Shown: positions 29,544 to 40,227, numbered from the stretch's first letter. The stretch is 43,300 nucleotides of DNA from Patescibacteria group bacterium (GCA_004296925.1 SCVI01000039.1:1-43300); one strand, 5' to 3'. The notes: generated by a model not told the origin, from the letters alone. Numbers and translations: made by a program.

Positions 29544-30221
29544 TCACTCATCCGTTGCATTTCGTAAAAAATTGAGGAGTTCCTCTAGGTCATTTTGTTC
29601 TTTCATAAAATCTGGGGCTTGATTATAGGCAATCAACTGACGCCATTGGCGCTCACCGACCGAATAATCATAAAAACTTGAATACGGGTAGGTCGCTAAA
29701 AATTTGCGCACCGCGTCGGGATCCTCAATCCCTTTTTCTTCCCAAAGTGGTTCAATAAGAGAGACAGGATTTAAATGTACATATGAAAATATGTATCGAA
29801 AATAAGGGTTCGTACCAACATGACGACTCTTAAAACGTCCCTGAAACAAAACACCGCTATGGGCGTGCTTGGCATTGAAATACATAGTATAGGCAGTTAC
29901 GACCTTTCTCATGAAGCGCGTAATCCCTTGATCTTCTTCTTGCCTCAACACAAAGTGAAAATGGTTAGGCATAAGAGTCCACGCCATAATACTGACGAGT
30001 GGTTTGCCGCGTACTTCTAAATCCATAATATCTGCAAAGGTCCGACCTTTGTATCTGCTAAGTAGTGCGCGAGTATCTACCGGAGCAATACTGTTTGCGA
30101 GAAAAAGGATAAGAAGTAATCGTTCGTAATCTTTATTTGAACGAAAGATTAAGTTCTTGTGAGCGCCTCGATTGTAAACATGGTATGTTTCCCCGATTTC
30201 GAGAGGTTTATCTCGTATCAT
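29544..30221 (-). mobile_element. REP-associated tyrosine transposase (RAYT/TnpA-REP, IS200-like HUH Y1)
   Basis: YHVYNRG, MPNHFHF (HUH), LFQGRFKS and YVHLNPV (catalytic Tyr) motifs; flanked by REPs. Confidence 0.92.
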
Positions 30222-30237
30222 CCAATAAGAATATCAC

Positions 30238-30278
30238 CCACCTCCCCTACAAAGGTCGGACCTTTGTAGGGGAGGTGG
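30238..30278. repeat. Extended REP palindrome upstream of RAYT
   Basis: CCACCTCCCCTACAAAGGTC-G-GACCTTTGTAGGGGAGGTGG. Confidence 0.85.
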
Positions 30279-30292
30279 AGATTTTTGGACAC

Positions 30293-30327
30293 GCAAAAAC
30301 CCGCCCCTTGTGAGGGCGGGTTTTTGC
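30293..30327 (-). terminator. Terminator of the surface-protein gene
   Basis: GCAAAAACCCGCCC-loop-GGGCGGGTTTTTGC. Confidence 0.85.
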
Positions 30328-30380
30328 TGCTAACCCAAATTGTTAGCTGGAGTTTCCGTGAGGAAACTAAAGGTCAAGCC

Positions 30381-33300
30381 TTAGTGAGAGCGGGTTGCGT
30401 ACAAACCACCTGCAGAAAGACCTGGGACACCGTATCCGTTTGTCCAATCCTGATCTGCACGAGCTGCTGTAGTCGTGGAGTTAGGAGACCAAGCGAATGC
30501 AGTTGCTGAGATACTACCCGCTGCAAGCAATGGGTTAGCAGTAGCACCAGCTGCAGTTGATGGGAACGTTGAAGATCCGAGGATCTTAGTCGTTACCGCT
30601 GCGCCAGTTGCAGATCCAGAAATCGAGCCGCGAACCTCGAAGTATCGAGTTTGGCCAGCTGGAACTTGGATTGCAGTTGCTGTATTACCTGCTGTTGTGA
30701 CACCGATAGTGACGTTGCCGTCTGCTGGTACCGTTGCATCAACATTTGCCTGGAGGTCTCCGCTTGAGGAAACACCCGAGATAGCCTGTGAGTAACCAGA
30801 GTCAGTAAATCCGTAGATTGTTACGTTAGTGACCGAAGCAGTCGTAGTCGCAAGGTTAATTGCAAACTGCGTAATACCTACTGGCCCCTTAGCGTCAGCC
30901 GTTACCTTAAATCGCATCAAGCGACCATCGGTTAGACCCGTTGTTCCGTTGACTGTTGAGTCAAGCGCAAACGTTGGGAACGACTTAAATACACGAACTC
31001 CTGAAGTTGCAGATGATCCTGATGGGTAGATGGTCGTACCAGATGATACGCCCGAACCTTCCGCATTCAAGAAGTCAACAGCGACCAAGTGACCTGAGAA
31101 GGTTACTGGCTCACCTGTTCCTACATTCTGGAAGTTAGCTTTGATGGTAAGAGTCTTATCAGTGTTCTTTACGAGAGTCACAACACTTGAAAGTGTTGAT
31201 GTTGCTGTCGTGTTAGAACCTGTGAAGTACGCCTCACCTACCTGTGTTGCGCCATCCCAAATCGTAACCTTTACGAGGTCAGATGATGATGATGATGCAG
31301 TGTTGGTAAGAGTAAGTCCAACTTTTCTGAGGTTTAAGTCCTCATTAGCTGAACGGAACTTAAGCGCACCTACAGTGACGTCAGTAGCACCTGCAGCGGC
31401 AAGCGTGAAGCTTGGGCTTGAGGCATCAAGAGCAACCGTAGCAGAACCAGAAGCAACAGTCATAGTGATTGTTGCGCTTGTAGTATCTGTACCTGTGATT
31501 GTTGTTCCTGAAGTTGCACCTGTGAATGTGTAGGTAGAAGCTAGACCTGGTGCAAATGACCATGTACCTGCATTCGTTGCCGAACCAGAAACATTACATT
31601 TGATACCGATAGTCTTTACCGTACCCTTTGCAACCGTTACAGGATTATCAAGCGTGAATGTAACAGTTGCAATTGATGAACCTGAAGGATTTACAACGTT
31701 CGAACCAGTCGAAAGTTGTGTTGCTCCATCGAACGCTGCACATGAAGTGAGTTCTGTAACTACACCTGTTGCGTACGTCAATTTTGCTGGGATAGAAGCG
31801 AGGCGAACATCTTCACCTGATTGCGTTGCATCATACTGGAAGTTCGCGAAGAGAACTTGCGATCCACCAGGAGTGATGTTTTGCGAAGCAGGAGAGTTTG
31901 CTGTACCAACTGCGACAGCACCCGCTTTCACAGTCATGGTGTTCATAGAGAACACACCATTTGCTGAGAGAGAGATTGTGTTGCCAGTTGTTTCACCCTT
32001 AACGTTTGTCCATCCAGAAGATGGTGTTGAAGAGACGATGTACGTGGATCCGTTTGTTGAACTAGAATCTACTTTACCGCGAAGTGTATACACTTGGCGG
32101 CCGGTCTTGTAGGTAACTGAGTCAGTAAATGTAATCGTCGAAGCGTTTGCACTTACGTACACAGAGTCAACTGGACCTGCAACAACTGAACCGTTTGCAT
32201 CAACAAGAGTGACATTGGTCAATTTTTGAGCACCAGTTGTAGTTGCTACGTTAAATACGTGCGACTGGATTGTCATGCCTTCACCTCTCAAGTCAACTGC
32301 GTAACCACCGAGAGGCTGGTTAGAAAGGTTGATTGCGATGTTCTGAGCTGCAACTTCGTTTGCTTTACCAATTGAAGTTACTGAAGCACCAGAGATCGTT
32401 ACTTGAGTTGAGTAAACGAATGGAGTTCCGTTTGTGATTGTGAGAGTTCCACGAGATGAAGGAACTGCAGTTGAGCTAGCTGCTGGAGAGACACCATAGT
32501 TGTATGTCTGACCAACTCCGAAGATGTCAGTAGTTCGGTCGATATCGAAGACTACAGTGCGGTTTGCAGCACCTGATCCTACGATGTCGTATTGAACGTA
32601 TACATCTACTTGGTTACCCTTTGCAATTACTACACCTGAACCGAGATTCGTTTCGTAGTACTTACCATCTGAAGAAACAGTGGTTGGGTATGCAGTGCCA
32701 CCTACAACCGTTTGCACGTTTGCGATGTCAGTTGCTGATACTGAACCTGTCTGATTCCATCGGATGTTCTTAAGGCGAACGTCTTCAGAAGATCCTGCTG
32801 TAAGGCGAAGACCTGTTGTCTTGTATGCGGTTGTGCCGATTTCCTTCGTTTGGTTCGTATTTGCTGCGAACGCATTTGAAGTAGCAATCGTCATAGTACC
32901 GACAGTCAAGGAATTGTTGTTCACGTTGTGAGCACCAACGATAGGAAGTGATCCAGAAACGGTTGCTGAAGTGTTAACTGCAACAAGCGCGAGTCCTGGA
33001 GCTTCACCAGCGTACGAAGAAAGAGAAGATGCCATGTTTCCTGCGAGCAAGAAAGTCTTGGTTGTTCCCTTTGCAATCGTAAATGGTACGCCAACAGTTG
33101 CCTGGTGGTTTGAGTTGAAAGTCTTGGCAACACCAACTTGCATTCCTGTTGATTCGTCAACGAGGACGATACCAGCAAATGCAGCGTCTTGTCCGAGACC
33201 ATCTTTCTGTACCGTTACTGAGTTCACTGTTACGTCACCATCGTTACCGGCAGTGAGTGTGAATCGAGTAAACGGAACGCGCGTAGCACCTGCTGGTGAT

Positions 33301-33863
33301 AGCGAGTTTTGTGGTTGTGAACCAGCAGCAACGGTCAATCCTGTTCCCGTTGGAGTCGTTCCACCTCCTGTTGATCCACCTGTTGATGAACCACCGAGTT
33401 TGAACGCTGCTTGCGAGATAGGTCCGAAGTAGCCGACTGCAGGAGAAACTCCTGCTGCCTTCTGCCATGCGGATACCGCAGCTACAGTTTGTGAACCGAA
33501 GTAGCCGGTCGCACCTGCTGGGATCGAGTATCCAGCTGCGATAAGCGCAGTTTGAAGACAAGTTACCTCAGCACCTTTCGAGCCAGTCGTAAGACTGCCT
33601 GTGAAAGTACATGAGCCAGATACTGAGCCGCCTGAGCCGCCTGTTGGGGCTGTTCCGCGAAGCGATGCGTCAACGTTCGAGATTGTCGAAGCGTCAGCAC
33701 CGAACGACTGCAAGAGAGAGATGATTGCAGAAATTTGAGTATCCGTTAGCGCCGCTGCTTCTGCACGCGATGCTGTAAACGTAAACGCAAATCCTGCCAC
33801 CATTGAGACTGCAACGACGAGCGCTGCAACCTTTGTGAGTGAATTGTTTACAATTGAAGTCAT
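30381..33863 (-). CDS. Large secreted Ser/Thr/Gly-rich surface protein (S-layer-like) with peptidoglycan-binding domain and tandem beta-sandwich repeats
   Basis: Signal peptide ending AEA; PG-binding motif L..GS.G.EV..LQ..L...GYFG..T..AV..WQ; repeated 'EDVRL' beta-rich modules. Confidence 0.85.
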   Translation of the reverse strand: MTSIVNNSLTKVAALVVAVSMVAGFAFTFTASRAEAAALTDTQISAIISLLQSFGADASTISNVDASLRGTAPTGGSGGSVSGSCTFTGSLTTGSKGAEVTCLQTALIAAGYSIPAGATGYFGSQTVAAVSAWQKAAGVSPAVGYFGPISQAAFKLGGSSTGGSTGGGTTPTGTGLTVAAGSQPQNSLSPAGATRVPFTRFTLTAGNDGDVTVNSVTVQKDGLGQDAAFAGIVLVDESTGMQVGVAKTFNSNHQATVGVPFTIAKGTTKTFLLAGNMASSLSSYAGEAPGLALVAVNTSATVSGSLPIVGAHNVNNNSLTVGTMTIATSNAFAANTNQTKEIGTTAYKTTGLRLTAGSSEDVRLKNIRWNQTGSVSATDIANVQTVVGGTAYPTTVSSDGKYYETNLGSGVVIAKGNQVDVYVQYDIVGSGAANRTVVFDIDRTTDIFGVGQTYNYGVSPAASSTAVPSSRGTLTITNGTPFVYSTQVTISGASVTSIGKANEVAAQNIAINLSNQPLGGYAVDLRGEGMTIQSHVFNVATTTGAQKLTNVTLVDANGSVVAGPVDSVYVSANASTITFTDSVTYKTGRQVYTLRGKVDSSSTNGSTYIVSSTPSSGWTNVKGETTGNTISLSANGVFSMNTMTVKAGAVAVGTANSPASQNITPGGSQVLFANFQYDATQSGEDVRLASIPAKLTYATGVVTELTSCAAFDGATQLSTGSNVVNPSGSSIATVTFTLDNPVTVAKGTVKTIGIKCNVSGSATNAGTWSFAPGLASTYTFTGATSGTTITGTDTTSATITMTVASGSATVALDASSPSFTLAAAGATDVTVGALKFRSANEDLNLRKVGLTLTNTASSSSSDLVKVTIWDGATQVGEAYFTGSNTTATSTLSSVVTLVKNTDKTLTIKANFQNVGTGEPVTFSGHLVAVDFLNAEGSGVSSGTTIYPSGSSATSGVRVFKSFPTFALDSTVNGTTGLTDGRLMRFKVTADAKGPVGITQFAINLATTTASVTNVTIYGFTDSGYSQAISGVSSSGDLQANVDATVPADGNVTIGVTTAGNTATAIQVPAGQTRYFEVRGSISGSATGAAVTTKILGSSTFPSTAAGATANPLLAAGSISATAFAWSPNSTTTAARADQDWTNGYGVPGLSAGGLYATRSH

Positions 33864-34423
33864 GAGTAAGGAAGTAATTTCTAATGTTCTAACGCAGTTT
33901 GAGTTCGCGCGTAATTAAATAAATGCGCTCGCCTTCACTGCGGGTGCGAGGACACGAAACATTCCAAATAAATTTGAAACATTCGCGAGCCCGCCGCATA
34001 CCTGTTAATAAGCACAACTAAGGAGTTGAACTTTCCGTTATCGTTTGCTCGAAAGAAAAATGAATTTCTTCTTCGCTCGTAGAACGGTTAGCACAACTTG
34101 TAAGTCGAACCTTCTGTTATCACGAGCGCGTAAAAAAATAAATTTATTTACGCACCCGAACAACAGTTAGCACAACTTCATTTCCATCACTCAACAACTT
34201 TTACATTGTTGAGAGAATGGCAAAAATAATTTTTCGTTCGGTCGTCCATCCATCTGCGGGAAAGTGCTTCCGTGTCAGTAAAAATTTGTGAAATAGATTT
34301 GAGATCTATTTCAATCCTGATGTATTCCGGATATTTAATTTTCAAAGTTCAGGATGGGCAGAACCGGGCGCGTCTAAAACATACACGCAACCGAACACCA
34401 AGTACGGGAGTTCACCTATTATA
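33864..34423 (-). promoter_or_regulatory. Putative ~550-nt structured 5' leader with -10 box, boxA-like site and tandem 79-nt motif
   Basis: TATAAT at 34423-34418; boxA-like 34337-34350; AGCACAACT at 34011, 34090 and 34169. Confidence 0.6.
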
Positions 34424-34685
34424 CGTTCCAATATCAACTTCGAGAGATGACACCGAAGACGCATATGTGGACAACATAGACACGAAAAGTCCCCTGTTAA
34501 GAGCTCTTAACGCCTATGTAGGCTTATTGCATTCCACCCATTAATAATACCAGCGAAACCCTTATAAATCAATACATACCCCCTACTTTGCGACACCACA
34601 CAAAAACATATAAAAGGTGTGTTTAGAGTTAAAAATACTGAAGTCAAAACGGACACAAATACGCGAAAATAATGACCTTGAAAAC

Positions 34686-35429
34686 TTAGGCTTTCTTATA
34701 GGTACTCCATCGTCTCTCGCCTTCCTTTATAAGTAGCCCATCACGGACCATTGAGAGTAATTCTCTTTGAATTGTCTTTTCGCTGTACTCAGGCATAGCG
34801 ACAGAAACGTCTTTAATTGAAATAGGTCTTTCTGACATAAGGTTAAGGACAGATTGTTTCCTATCAGATTTGATTCCTGATGAGTCTGCACCAATTCTAA
34901 TTTTTCTTACAGATACATTATCTGTCCTTTTGAATGTCCTTGATGGTTGTCCTATAGAACTTCCCTCTTGATTTGGCTGCTCATCTCCTATGGTGTCTTT
35001 AATACTTGCACTCTTCGTGACAATACTTTCCTGTCTCTCTCCAACAAATGTTGCCAAGGATGCATACTCATCACAGATGAGTTTTGCATTCATAGGAGAT
35101 ATAAGTCCGCCCGATTGAGCCGTCTCAAGGATGCTGGAAATTTCAACGCACTTTGCACTAAAAAAATCGACGCCGGGTCCATTCAATTTATCTTTGTCGG
35201 TCGAACAATTTATAAGGTCAAGTGCGCACGCTCTAAGACGTGTCCTTATAGGTTCTTCGGGAGACAAAAAGCCAGTTATGACATAAAGGGCAGAAGCAAG
35301 TCTCTCGGACTTACGGACAACAAATTCTTGGTTTTCATTCTTAAGGAGAGATTTAATACCTGAACTGGAGTAGACTTGCGATGTCTTAGAAGTAAGTCCT
35401 TTTGAGTTGTCTTTAAAGCTATTGGACAT
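34686..35429 (-). CDS. Hypothetical protein, N-terminal helical bundle and C-terminal winged helix-turn-helix
   Basis: ISIKDVS...YSEKTIQRELLSMVRDGLLIKEGERRWSTY is wHTH-like. Confidence 0.8.
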   Translation of the reverse strand: MSNSFKDNSKGLTSKTSQVYSSSGIKSLLKNENQEFVVRKSERLASALYVITGFLSPEEPIRTRLRACALDLINCSTDKDKLNGPGVDFFSAKCVEISSILETAQSGGLISPMNAKLICDEYASLATFVGERQESIVTKSASIKDTIGDEQPNQEGSSIGQPSRTFKRTDNVSVRKIRIGADSSGIKSDRKQSVLNLMSERPISIKDVSVAMPEYSEKTIQRELLSMVRDGLLIKEGERRWSTYKKA

Positions 35430-35673
35430 ATTTTATGGACGCCATGTCTCTAATTAAAGGTCATTGTATCTCTAAGACAAGCCCTATTGCAAGGAACATT
35501 CTTTAGGGTCTCTTGTAGCAGTTCTCTCCCAATAACCTGCACCACAGTAAATATGTGATGTTTTGAAAAGATGGATATGGCGGAACTTACACAATCAGAG
35601 AGTCTTTATTTTTTGATTTCAATTTCGCCTTTTGCACCAACATAGTTTTCTGCAAGCGTGTTAAAATCCACGA

Positions 35674-37842
35674 ATGGCAAGGAAAAAATCATCGAAAAAA
35701 AAGTCGGAGAAATCTGGCTTTACACTTCCTTCTCTCTCACTCAATTTACGACCCGAAACAGCAAATAGTATCCGTGCAATTTTAACCCTTTTTATCGGTG
35801 TGATTTTCTTGTTTGCACCACTTGGAAAAGGCGGCGCTGTCGGTCGTTTTTTATATGATTCGCTCAGCACATTTTTAGGTGTTGGATATTTTCTCGTTCC
35901 TATATCTTTATTTTTTCTTGGCGCAGGACTCTTCCGTGATCGAGAACACAGAGGTTTCGTTGGAGTTCGAGTCTTTGGAACCAGCATTCTTTTTCTTGCA
36001 GGAATCGGACTTCTTTCTCTCGTAGGAAATCTTGGAGGCATTCTTGGTGGATGGGTGTCTGGTCCTTTTGTGTCACTCTTTGATTTTACGCTCGCTCTAA
36101 TTCTATTAAGCGGTATTGCGCTTGTTGGCGGACTCCTTACACTCGACACACCGCTTTCTGTACCAAAATTCGCAGCACCTTCATTCCTCTCTTTCATGCG
36201 AAAGAAAAAAGATGACACTGAAGACGACTTTGAAATCACAGGAGTTCCAGAAGAAGAACCAAGCCAGACTCCAGAGAAGATAGAAAGAAAACCTGAGAAA
36301 AAACAGAAACCAGAAAAGATCGAGGAGGTTGAAGCAGGATTTGTATTTTCACCTACGGGCGACACCTATAATCCCCCACCAGTTTCATTATTAGATAGAG
36401 ATAAAGGAAAGCCAGACAGTGGCGACATTAAAGCGAATGCTAACCTCATTAAACGAACATTACAAAACTTCGGCATTACCGTTGAGATGGACGAAGTATC
36501 TGTGGGGCCAACTGTTACTCGTTACGCCTTAAAACCTGCAGAAGGAGTGCGACTTCAGAAGATTCTTTCTCTCCAAAATAACTTGGAGCTTGCTCTCGGT
36601 GCCACCCACCCTATTCGTATTGAGGCACCTATCCCAGGTAAATCGCTTGTAGGTATTGAGGTGTCTAACATGAAAAAAGCGACCGTGGGATTAGGCTCGC
36701 TTATTTCGGAAGAGAAGTTCCAAAACAACCAGCGCCCTCTCACTATTGCACTTGGACGTGACATCGTAGGCACTTCTCACTTTGCGAACATTGCAAAAAT
36801 GCCACACCTTCTTATTGCAGGCGCAACCGGTGCTGGTAAGTCTGTATCCATCCACGCGCTTATTACTTCACTTCTCTATCGAAATGGCCCTGCAGCGCTT
36901 CGCTTCATCATGATTGACCCAAAGCGAGTAGAACTAACTGCATACAACCCTATTCCTCATTTGCTTACTCCAGTAATTACTGACCCAAAAAAGGCCATCC
37001 TCGCATTAAAGTGGGCAGGCAAAGAAATGGAGCGCCGATATAATTTGCTAGAGAAGCACGCTGTGCGAGACATTCAGTCGTACCACGAAAATATTGTTGC
37101 AAAATCTCAGAAATCAAAGAGTAAAGATGACGAGGAGCAGGTAGATCAAATGCCCTACATCGTTATTGTGCTCGACGAGCTCGCCGACATTATGCAGACA
37201 TACCCGCGCGAACTTGAATCAGCAGTTGTACGGCTTGCGCAAATGAGTAGAGCGGTTGGTATCCACCTCATACTTTCAACACAACGCCCTTCGGTGAATG
37301 TTATTACCGGACTCATTAAAGCGAACGTGCCCGCACGCATCGCGCTTCAAGTGGCATCTCAAATTGATTCACGAACCATTCTGGATTCTGCTGGTGCAGA
37401 AAAACTCCTTGGCGCTGGCGACATGCTCTACCAATCAGCTGATATGCCAAAACCACACCGTATCCAAACTGCATTCATTTCAGAAAATGAAGTAAAAGAG
37501 ATCGTAGAATACATCCGCAAGCACAACGAACCAACGCTCGACGGCATTGCCCTCTCAGGCCCTGCTACAGAAACTCCGAACGCAATATTCTCAGCATCCC
37601 TTGAAGAAGATGATAACGACGACGAACTCTTCCAAGAAGCAAAACAGATTGTTGAAGAAGCAGGCAAGGCATCAACCTCATACCTTCAAAGAAAACTCCG
37701 CATCGGATACGCGAGAGCCGCTCGCCTCATGGACGTCTTAGAAGAGAAAGGGGTCATAGGCCCAGCAGACGGTGCCCGCCCTCGCGATGTACTCACAAAC
37801 GCAGGTACGACCCCAGAAGAGGAAGATAATGACACCGTATAA
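35674..37842 (+). CDS. ftsK: DNA translocase FtsK/SpoIIIE
   Basis: Four TM segments; PHLLIAGATGAGKS, IDPKRVEL, DELAD, STQRPSV and gamma-domain LQRKLRIGYARAAR motifs. Confidence 0.97.
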   Translation: MARKKSSKKKSEKSGFTLPSLSLNLRPETANSIRAILTLFIGVIFLFAPLGKGGAVGRFLYDSLSTFLGVGYFLVPISLFFLGAGLFRDREHRGFVGVRVFGTSILFLAGIGLLSLVGNLGGILGGWVSGPFVSLFDFTLALILLSGIALVGGLLTLDTPLSVPKFAAPSFLSFMRKKKDDTEDDFEITGVPEEEPSQTPEKIERKPEKKQKPEKIEEVEAGFVFSPTGDTYNPPPVSLLDRDKGKPDSGDIKANANLIKRTLQNFGITVEMDEVSVGPTVTRYALKPAEGVRLQKILSLQNNLELALGATHPIRIEAPIPGKSLVGIEVSNMKKATVGLGSLISEEKFQNNQRPLTIALGRDIVGTSHFANIAKMPHLLIAGATGAGKSVSIHALITSLLYRNGPAALRFIMIDPKRVELTAYNPIPHLLTPVITDPKKAILALKWAGKEMERRYNLLEKHAVRDIQSYHENIVAKSQKSKSKDDEEQVDQMPYIVIVLDELADIMQTYPRELESAVVRLAQMSRAVGIHLILSTQRPSVNVITGLIKANVPARIALQVASQIDSRTILDSAGAEKLLGAGDMLYQSADMPKPHRIQTAFISENEVKEIVEYIRKHNEPTLDGIALSGPATETPNAIFSASLEEDDNDDELFQEAKQIVEEAGKASTSYLQRKLRIGYARAARLMDVLEEKGVIGPADGARPRDVLTNAGTTPEEEDNDTV

Positions 37843-38230
37843 ACCAATTAGTGCTCGACCTCCAAAAGTAGTACTGATACTCATCAGCACCACACTCGCC
37901 ATCATTATTGGATACAGCGTCTATGCCGCATTCCCCTTTCTTGAGGGTCCTTCATTGAAAGTAAAGGCGGTGGCGTCAGACAATAACTCAACCCTCATTC
38001 AAGGTGTTACAAAAAGAGTCTCCTACCTCGATATCAACGGCAAGGCCATCTCTATTGGGGAAGACGGTTTATTCTCAGCTGAACGCACGTACCCCACAGG
38101 GTATAATGGGATAACCGTAACGGCACGAGACAGATTTGGAAGAAGTATCACCAAAGAACTCTCAATTTTAGTAACAAATAATCAGCACACCGAGGCGACA
38201 ACCACATATGCAAAAAAAGAAAACATCTAA
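37829..38230 (+). CDS. Membrane-anchored Ig-like hypothetical protein
   Basis: TM, then GP.L...G.N.I.V.A.DRFG; ATG 37829 overlaps the ftsK end. Confidence 0.75.
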   Translation: MTPYKPISARPPKVVLILISTTLAIIIGYSVYAAFPFLEGPSLKVKAVASDNNSTLIQGVTKRVSYLDINGKAISIGEDGLFSAERTYPTGYNGITVTARDRFGRSITKELSILVTNNQHTEATTTYAKKENI

Positions 38231-39230
38231 AACTGAAAAACCAAAAATCGATACATCGAATACAATTGATGAGACGATCAACAGCATCAAAACGAAGTTT
38301 GGTGATGAAGCAATCACCACGCTCGGCATGCGACCAAAAACAGGCATTGACGCAATTCCTACTGGCTCTATTGGACTCGACTGGGCGCTCGGCATTGGTG
38401 GAGTACCGCGAGGACGTATTATTGAAATTTTTGGCCCTGAATCGTCAGGTAAAACTACTCTCTCCTTACACATTGTCGCTGAAGCTCAAAAGAAAGGTGG
38501 TGTATGCGCATTCATCGACGCAGAGCATGCGCTCGACCCTGAATATGCGAAAAGACTCGGAGTAAAAATCGACGATTTGATAGTTTCACAACCAGACACT
38601 GGTGAACAAGCGCTCGATATTACCGAATCTCTCATTCGTTCTGGAAAAATTGATGTAATAGTAATCGACTCAGTCGCTGCGCTCACTCCAAAAGCAGAAA
38701 TTGAAGGCGACATGGAAACACAGCACGTGGGACGACAAGCGCGCCTTATGTCTCAAGCGCTTCGCAAAATGACAGCTATCGTCGCTCGTTCAAAAACTAT
38801 TGTTATCTTCATCAACCAAATCCGCATGCAGATAGGTGTGATGTTTGGTAATCCTGAAACTACTCCAGGAGGAAAAGCGTTGAAGTTCTACACTTCAGTT
38901 CGCCTAGATATTCGACGTATTGCTCAAATTAAAAAAGGCGAAGAGGTGGTGGGAGGAAGAGTGCGTGTAAAAGTAGTGAAGAACAAAGTGGCAGCGCCAT
39001 TCCGTGCCACAGAATTTGACCTCATGTACAACGAAGGTATTTCAAGAGAAGGAGAAATTATTGCACTTGGCGAAAAATACGGAATTCTTACAAAATCCGG
39101 CACTTCTTATAAGTACGGCGATGAGTCGCTTGGTCGCGGATATGACGCCACCCGTACCTTCCTAAAAGAAAATCCAAAAGTTTCAAATGACCTATTGAAA
39201 CAAATCCGCGTCAAATTTACAGAGCTCTAG
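38208..39230 (+). CDS. recA: Recombinase RecA
   Basis: [24 protein letters not shown] and GGKALKFY motifs. Confidence 0.99.
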   Translation: MQKKKTSKTEKPKIDTSNTIDETINSIKTKFGDEAITTLGMRPKTGIDAIPTGSIGLDWALGIGGVPRGRIIEIFGPESSGKTTLSLHIVAEAQKKGGVCAFIDAEHALDPEYAKRLGVKIDDLIVSQPDTGEQALDITESLIRSGKIDVIVIDSVAALTPKAEIEGDMETQHVGRQARLMSQALRKMTAIVARSKTIVIFINQIRMQIGVMFGNPETTPGGKALKFYTSVRLDIRRIAQIKKGEEVVGGRVRVKVVKNKVAAPFRATEFDLMYNEGISREGEIIALGEKYGILTKSGTSYKYGDESLGRGYDATRTFLKENPKVSNDLLKQIRVKFTEL

Positions 39231-39259
39231 ACCGCAGAGACGCTACGTACTTCTAAGTA

Positions 39260-39583
39260 TTACTGTACTGAAAGTTGTGCGTTTTTGTGACGAAGTCCAT
39301 CCACCATACTCCAACCCACAATAAAGGTTGAGGCGATTGCGGTAAGTTGCACAGTCACTGTAGTGCTCAAAAATGCCACGACGCTGAAACGTACGAGCCC
39401 AAGAAGACCGTTTACTTGTAAAGCATTCTCGATAACGTTTGGGAGTGACACCGAGGAGATGAGTGCAAAAAGGAACACTAGAACAGCCGCAATACGTACA
39501 GGCATACTTGTGAGCTGTCTCGCTACATACATAACGTAGACCGAGCGCATGATTCTTTTTCGTAATTCTTGTTCTGATGCCAT
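39260..39583 (-). CDS. Small membrane protein, putative anti-sigma factor
   Basis: Directly downstream of the ECF sigma gene; 2-3 TM segments. Confidence 0.65.
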   Translation of the reverse strand: MASEQELRKRIMRSVYVMYVARQLTSMPVRIAAVLVFLFALISSVSLPNVIENALQVNGLLGLVRFSVVAFLSTTVTVQLTAIASTFIVGWSMVDGLRHKNAQLSVQ

Positions 39584-39600
39584 ATAAAAATACTATCCTA

Positions 39601-40227
39601 CTAATTATCTACTGAACCTATAATAGTGCGCAACACTGCCTTTGCTCGATGGACCCGTGTTTTTACAGCCGGCACACTGATATTAAGTCTTTCTGCAATC
39701 TCCGCGTATGGTAGATCTTCAATGAAAGCGAGCGTGAGTATTTCTGCTACATCCTTCGGTGCTTTCTCTAACCCTTTTTCTATTACTTCTCGAGCGTACG
39801 CTTGGTGACCCTCTTTGTGAGGTTCAGAAGTATCGGCGAGTGATTCATAGTGCTCTGTCGTAAGTTCAGCTACCCTACCGCGCGTTCGTGCCATTTTACT
39901 GTAGTGAGTACGCGCCACGTTCATAAGAATAGTGAGCGACCATGCGCGAAATGAACCATTTTCTCCTTTAAAACGTGGTGCGAAGCGGTAAATACGAATG
40001 AAAGTTTCCTGCACTACATCCTCGGCTTTATCAGTATCCCCCACCACAGCGCGAGCGCGATTAAGAAATTGTGATTGATACCGCGCCACCAACATCTCGA
40101 AGGAGCTTGGTCGTGACAGTGATGCCAAAAGTAATTCCTCATCCGAAAGCGTCAGTTCGTTCTGTACGTCCATATCGAAGTATTCCCTCGATAGTACCGC
40201 CGACTTAGTGATTTGAACAGCTTTCAT
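39601..40227 (-). CDS. ECF RNA polymerase sigma factor (start may be the internal Met, MDVQNE)
   Basis: AEDVVQETF, SFRAW and YAEIAERL..SVPAVKTRVHRA motifs. Confidence 0.92.
   Translation of the reverse strand: MKAVQITKSAVLSREYFDMDVQNELTLSDEELLLASLSRPSSFEMLVARYQSQFLNRARAVVGDTDKAEDVVQETFIRIYRFAPRFKGENGSFRAWSLTILMNVARTHYSKMARTRGRVAELTTEHYESLADTSEPHKEGHQAYAREVIEKGLEKAPKDVAEILTLAFIEDLPYAEIAERLNISVPAVKTRVHRAKAVLRTIIGSVDN

Noticed and set aside
30475-33561. Multiple ORFs antisense or out of frame to the surface-protein gene, and similar shadows of secDF, rplL, ftsK, recA and rpsF
   Set aside because: Shadow frames arising from the codon bias of the real genes
34005-34180. CRISPR array
   Set aside because: Only ~9-13 nt are identical, there are fewer than three full units, the 'spacers' are homologous hairpins, and no cas genes are present
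34272-34544. 90-aa ORF on the + strand
   Set aside because: GTG start, antisense to the predicted leader and promoter, no recognisable features
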